In this document: piece after piece, positions 5,886 to 6,571 of the stretch
How positions within the stretch are numbered: position 1 is the stretch's first letter
Layout: each line of letters begins with the position of its first letter
IMG/VR virus record: IMGVR_UViG_3300012089_000069
Location: 1 to 6,571 of that record
Direction: 5' to 3' (one strand)
Source of the DNA: a virus
Lineage: Duplodnaviria; Heunggongvirae; Uroviricota; Caudoviricetes
DNA length: 6,571 nt
Notes under the pieces: generated by a model
Database searches by the model: none
The model's input: the letters and a program-made list of their open reading frames with translations, nothing else
Told to the model about the DNA's origin: nothing
Position numbers and translations under genes: made by a program

Positions 5886-6571
5886 GTGCGGGTATTACTT
5901 CGACCTGTTCCGGTACCGGAACTTGGGCTGGTGGTGCTAAAACCGGGCCGTGAATCCATGCAGGTATTTCATAATCCTCGAGTTCTGGTGGAGCCGGAAC
6001 CGAAAAGCATGCGCGGTCTGCCGTCCGGAGTCGTTCCTGCCGTTCGCCAGCCATTGGCGGAGGATAAATCATTACTGCCATTTTTCAGCGATGAGCGGGT
6101 GATTCGTGCTGCTGGTGGTGCTGGTGCACTGTCTGACTGGCTGTTACGCCACATTAAATCCTGCCAGTGGCCTCATGGTGACTACCATCACAGCGAAACC
6201 GTCATACATCGTTACGGTACCGGTGCAATGGTGTTGTGTTGGCACTGCGACAACCAGCTGCGTGACCAGACTTCCGAATCACTCGGGCAGCTTGCTCACC
6301 AAAATTTGTCAGCATGGATGATTGACGTCATACGCCATGCAATGAATGGCACGCAGGAGCGGGAATTATCGCTGGCTGAATTATCCTGGTGGGCAACCAT
6401 AAATAACGTAGCGGACGCACTACCGGAGACGGTATTACGTCGTTCTCTGGGGTTACGTGCGGAAAAAATCCGCTCGGTGTACCGCGAAAGCGACATCATA
6501 CCGGGAGAGCAGACAGCCACCAGCATCCTGAAACAGCGCACAAAAAATCTTGCGCCGCTGCCTCACGCCCA
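5886..6571 (+). CDS. Cys/His-rich prophage protein, YdfU/DUF968-like (partial; 3' end outside window)
   Basis: Frame is open from GTG at 5886 to the window end (228 codons, no stop). Contains a CQWPHGDYHHSETVIHRYGTGAMVLCWHCDN metal-binding-like cluster. Synteny after hok matches Qin prophage. Not in the ORF track because it has no stop inside the window. Confidence 0.6.
   Translation, partial: MRVLLRPVPVPELGLVVLKPGRESMQVFHNPRVLVEPEPKSMRGLPSGVVPAVRQPLAEDKSLLPFFSDERVIRAAGGAGALSDWLLRHIKSCQWPHGDYHHSETVIHRYGTGAMVLCWHCDNQLRDQTSESLGQLAHQNLSAWMIDVIRHAMNGTQERELSLAELSWWATINNVADALPETVLRRSLGLRAEKIRSVYRESDIIPGEQTATSILKQRTKNLAPLPHA

Noticed and set aside
5738-6541. Minus-strand ORFs at 5738-5959, 5827-6081, 5969-6154 and 6296-6541, and the + strand ORF at 6106-6321
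   Set aside because: All are antisense to, or in an alternative frame of, the long open + strand frames (Rem-like and YdfU-like) in GC-rich DNA.

Overview
This window reads as a mosaic lambdoid-prophage early/nin region from an enterobacterial genome, with an AT-rich accessory island of about 3 kb inserted in it. From left to right on the + strand: the last 17 codons of an upstream gene (1-51); a replication initiator (54-1124) with two intragenic clusters of GTCACG iterons at 10-11 bp phasing and an adjacent AT-rich tandem repeat, a probable origin; three small translationally coupled nin-like genes (1165-2142); and a Q-family antiterminator-like gene (2275-2796). That gene converges on a tightly coupled three-gene operon on the minus strand (3852-4943, 3427-3855, 2793-3434): a 363-aa protein with no motif I recognise, a 142-aa acidic protein, and a 213-aa protein with a PD-(D/E)xK / Mrr-like nuclease motif. 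This operon is the best candidate for an undescribed defence or abortive-infection module. Downstream on the + strand are a Hok/Gef-family type I toxin gene (hokD-like, 5290-5445) with a clear intrinsic terminator, a small Rem-like gene, and the 5' part of a Cys/His-rich YdfU/DUF968-like gene that runs off the window. I see no rRNA, tRNA, CRISPR array or IS element. All family assignments come from motifs and remembered sequences, not from searches.
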